DNA of 64,000 nucleotides from Nitrosopumilus sp. (GTDB lineage Archaea; Thermoproteota; Nitrososphaeria; Nitrososphaerales; Nitrosopumilaceae): NCBI GenBank assembly GCA_965219345.1, contig OZ244732.1, positions 992,001 to 1,056,000 of the forward strand, read 5' to 3'. Shown piece by piece: positions 61,071 to 64,000 of this stretch (position 1 is its first letter; each line of letters starts with the position of its first letter). The notes under the pieces were generated by a model. It saw only the letters and a program-made list of their open reading frames with translations, ran no database searches and was not told where the DNA came from. The position numbers and the translations under genes were made by a program.

Positions 61071-61850
61071 ATGTCTGATGATATAAGTAGAAAGTTGGAA
61101 TCTAAAATAGATAACAAACTAGCATCAAAATCTAAACGAAAGCATTTGGAAGATGGTTTCAAAAAAGGAAAAGTTGTCAATGAAGTTTTAGACAAGCCCA
61201 CTGTCATGATTCTTTACAAAATGATTAAAGATCACATCATTGCATATGTCAATGGATCTGTAAGTGCCGGAAAGGAATCAGTTGTTTTTTGGGGTGTTGA
61301 TGAAAATGATGTTAGTGTTGCATTGAAAATTTATTTAGTGAGTACTTCAAATTTTAAAAAACGTGAACCCTATATTCTTGGTGATCCTCGATTCTCACAT
61401 CTAAAAAAAGGTACAAAGAATTTAGTTTATCTATGGGCTAGAAAGGAATTTCGTAACTTATCTCAGTGTTATGCTGCAGGAATTCCTGTTCCACAGCCAC
61501 TATTTGTTACAAATAATGTACTTGCAATGGATTTTGTAGGTCAAAATGGCACTCCTGAAAGATCTTTATTAAATTCAGAGGTTGATGAAGATGACTATAA
61601 ACAGGCAATCTCAATTATCAGAGATCTCTATCAGAAAGCAAAGCTGGTACATAGTGATTACTCAGAATACAATATTTTCAAAACCGCAAACGGTTTAGTA
61701 GTTTTTGATCTAGGTTCTGCAGTTGATCTAAGACATCCTAATGCTAATGAATTTCTTAAACGAGATATTTATAATATTAATAGATTTTTCAATAAAAGAG
61801 GAATTTCTGTTGAAGATCCAAAAATCTTATTTGAGGACATTATAAAATGA
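61071..61850 (+). CDS. RIO1-family Ser/Thr kinase
   Basis: SAGKESVV, WARKEFRNL, LVHSDYSEYN and FDLG. Confidence 0.92.
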   Translation: MSDDISRKLESKIDNKLASKSKRKHLEDGFKKGKVVNEVLDKPTVMILYKMIKDHIIAYVNGSVSAGKESVVFWGVDENDVSVALKIYLVSTSNFKKREPYILGDPRFSHLKKGTKNLVYLWARKEFRNLSQCYAAGIPVPQPLFVTNNVLAMDFVGQNGTPERSLLNSEVDEDDYKQAISIIRDLYQKAKLVHSDYSEYNIFKTANGLVVFDLGSAVDLRHPNANEFLKRDIYNINRFFNKRGISVEDPKILFEDIIK

Positions 61851-62404
61851 GCTTTGAAAAACTAATTCGTATCCCAAATGATAGAATAGCTATTTTGATT
61901 GGAAAATCAGGTAATGTAAAATCAAAAATTGAAAAATTATGTAATGTCTCTTTGGACATTGATGGTAATACGGGAGAAGTTTTGTTAAAATCTCAAGGAG
62001 ATGCTGAAAAAATTCAACCATTCAAAGCAATGGAAATTGTTACAGCAATTGGTAGAGGTTTTTCACCTGAAAATGCTTTGACTTTGTTAAAGGGCGAAAA
62101 TACATTGCACGTAATAGATCTTAGAGAGTTTGCAGGAAAGTCTAACGCAAATGTTGAAAGGATAAAAGGGAGAATTATTGGAGAAGGTGGTAGAGCAAGA
62201 CGAAATATGGAAAATCTTAGTGGTACTCATATCTCAGTTTATGGAAGAACTGTTTCAATTATTGGTGATTCAAGTAAATTACGATCAACTGTTGATGCAA
62301 TATCATCTATTTCAGGTGGAAGTATGCATGGTGCTGTTTACAGTAAATTAGAAGCTGTAAATAGAAAAGAAAAACAAGAAAAAATGAAACTGTGGGAAGA
62401 TTAA
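61847..62404 (+). CDS. KH-domain rRNA processing protein (Dim2/Pno1)
   Basis: LIGKSG, AIGRGFSPE and GRIIGEGG. Confidence 0.92.
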   Translation: MSFEKLIRIPNDRIAILIGKSGNVKSKIEKLCNVSLDIDGNTGEVLLKSQGDAEKIQPFKAMEIVTAIGRGFSPENALTLLKGENTLHVIDLREFAGKSNANVERIKGRIIGEGGRARRNMENLSGTHISVYGRTVSIIGDSSKLRSTVDAISSISGGSMHGAVYSKLEAVNRKEKQEKMKLWED

Positions 62405-62405
62405 G

Positions 62406-64000
62406 ATGTCTTCTATCAAAGAAAAATTTAATCAAATATCTCCTAGTGAATTCTTTTACAGTAATCGTGATTTAGCTGGTTTCAGCAATCCTACACGCTC
62501 ACTTTATACTGCTGTGAGGGAATTTGTTGAAAATGCATTGGATGCATGTGATCAAAAAGGAATTCTTCCAGATGTTCATTTAACAATCAAAGCCGTTGAG
62601 CCTGAAAAACCTGATCCCAAACCCTATATTTTGACTGTTAAGGATAATGGCCCTGGTGTAGATTCAAAACATGTGTCCCTTGCATTTGGGACTATACTTT
62701 ATGGCTCAAAATTTGGACTGAAACAAGCTAGAGGCATGTTTGGACTTGGTGCCACTATGGCAATTTTGTATGGTCAAATTACAACCAACAAACCAGTTAC
62801 TGTGAAAAGTTCCACAGATGGAAAAATACAAGATGAGTTTGACCTATTATTGGACATTCAAAAAAATAAACCCATAATTGTAAAACATAAAACCAAAGAA
62901 ATTTCAAAAACAGGACTATCTATAAGCATTTGTTTGGAAGGTGATTACTCTAAAGCAGGTACAAAAATTCGAGATTATGTTTATGAAACTTCTTTGATTA
63001 CCCCTTATGCAACAATAACTTTTGATGATCCAAAAGGAGAAAAATTTCATCATCCAAGATTTGTCAAAGACATACCTCCACCCCCAACAATAATTAGACC
63101 TCATCCACATGGTATTGATGTTGAAAGAATTCGAAGAATGATAGTTGAATCACTGTTTGAAATCCCAAACATTGATGATGCTATGATTGAAAAAGTAAGA
63201 AAAGACTTGGGATTATCAAAGAAAAATCTTAGTTTTGCTGCAATCATGGAAAAAGCAAGGAAAAAAGGTAAAGCTCTTCCACGTCAAACTCGAGTAGTAA
63301 TTGCTTTGATGTCATTTCTAAAAATGGATTTTGAAAAATTAAACAAAATTAGAATTGAAGACATTGATGTACCTAACAAAAAATTATTCTACTGGGATTT
63401 TGGTGACTCACAATCAAAATCAATTGATATGGATCCTGAAAGTCAGCATTACAAACTATTGACTCATACTGTTCAAGGTGAACCTCTTAACACATTCTTG
63501 ACTAAGAGATTCCAACGTGTTGGCCCTACTACTGCAGTCAAATTTGCAGAATTTGCAAAATTCAAGCCTGAAAAACGAATGGGTACTATGACAAACCAAG
63601 AGTTGGTTCATCTCAGTAACTCACTCCAAAAATTTGAAGATTTTATGGCTCCTGATTCAAATTGCCTTGCACCACTAGGCGAAGAACCTCTGGAAAAAGG
63701 AATCAAGAAATTCTTTAATCCTGATTTCTCTGCTGTAGTTCAACGTCCGCCATCTGCTTACTCTGGATTCCCTTTCATAATTGAGATGGGTATTGCTTAT
63801 GGTGGTGAAATTAAATCTGGCGGACCACATGTTTACAGATTTGCCAATAGAATTCCGTTACTTTATGATGAAGGCAGTGATGTAGTCCTTAAAGTTGTAA
63901 ATGATGCTGATTGGGGCAGATACAAGGTAAAAGGTGATCCTCCATTTGTAATTGTATCTCATATCTGTTCTACTAGAATTCCATATAAAACAGCAGGAAA
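62406..64000 (+). CDS. top6B: DNA topoisomerase VI subunit B, partial (runs off window)
   Basis: Manual translation MSSIKEKFNQISPSEFFYSNRDLAGFSNPTRSLYTAVREFVENALDAC; DNGPG and GMFGLG GHKL motifs; RFANRIPLL. Confidence 0.96.
   Translation, partial: MSSIKEKFNQISPSEFFYSNRDLAGFSNPTRSLYTAVREFVENALDACDQKGILPDVHLTIKAVEPEKPDPKPYILTVKDNGPGVDSKHVSLAFGTILYGSKFGLKQARGMFGLGATMAILYGQITTNKPVTVKSSTDGKIQDEFDLLLDIQKNKPIIVKHKTKEISKTGLSISICLEGDYSKAGTKIRDYVYETSLITPYATITFDDPKGEKFHHPRFVKDIPPPPTIIRPHPHGIDVERIRRMIVESLFEIPNIDDAMIEKVRKDLGLSKKNLSFAAIMEKARKKGKALPRQTRVVIALMSFLKMDFEKLNKIRIEDIDVPNKKLFYWDFGDSQSKSIDMDPESQHYKLLTHTVQGEPLNTFLTKRFQRVGPTTAVKFAEFAKFKPEKRMGTMTNQELVHLSNSLQKFEDFMAPDSNCLAPLGEEPLEKGIKKFFNPDFSAVVQRPPSAYSGFPFIIEMGIAYGGEIKSGGPHVYRFANRIPLLYDEGSDVVLKVVNDADWGRYKVKGDPPFVIVSHICSTRIPYKTAG

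Overview
The window comes from an ammonia-oxidising archaeon of the Nitrosopumilus type (Nitrososphaerota/Thaumarchaeota). This is inferred from the histone, aIF-2beta, Top6B, CofE, CFI-box-CTERM protein and blue-copper protein. AT-rich core genes occupy about 1-11.3 kb and 48-64 kb. Between them lies an accessory island of about 36 kb. It holds a MACPF-like relic fused to a decayed SLC13 transporter, an AbiE-like toxin-antitoxin pair, a GC-rich 15.5-kb gene for a ~5170-aa surface protein with ten modules of five beta-propeller-type repeats, two more surface proteins, and many IS6-family elements. The main result is a pair of complete cargo-carrying IS6-family transposons (15879-18720 and 41406-44785). 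Each has long perfect terminal inverted repeats (TIRs), a target-site duplication (TSD) and the same layout: a transposase facing away from an AbrB-like regulator, a DNA methyltransferase and a restriction endonuclease. The two carry unrelated restriction-modification (R-M) cargoes. The first is nested inside an ISH3-type element. The second has a G9 tract that puts its methyltransferase out of frame, and a canonical archaeal box C/D guide RNA inside a hairpin in the transposase leader. A long-variable-arm tRNA-like gene with a TAT anticodon lies near the right edge of the island. All family assignments were made by eye from motifs. No database searches were run.
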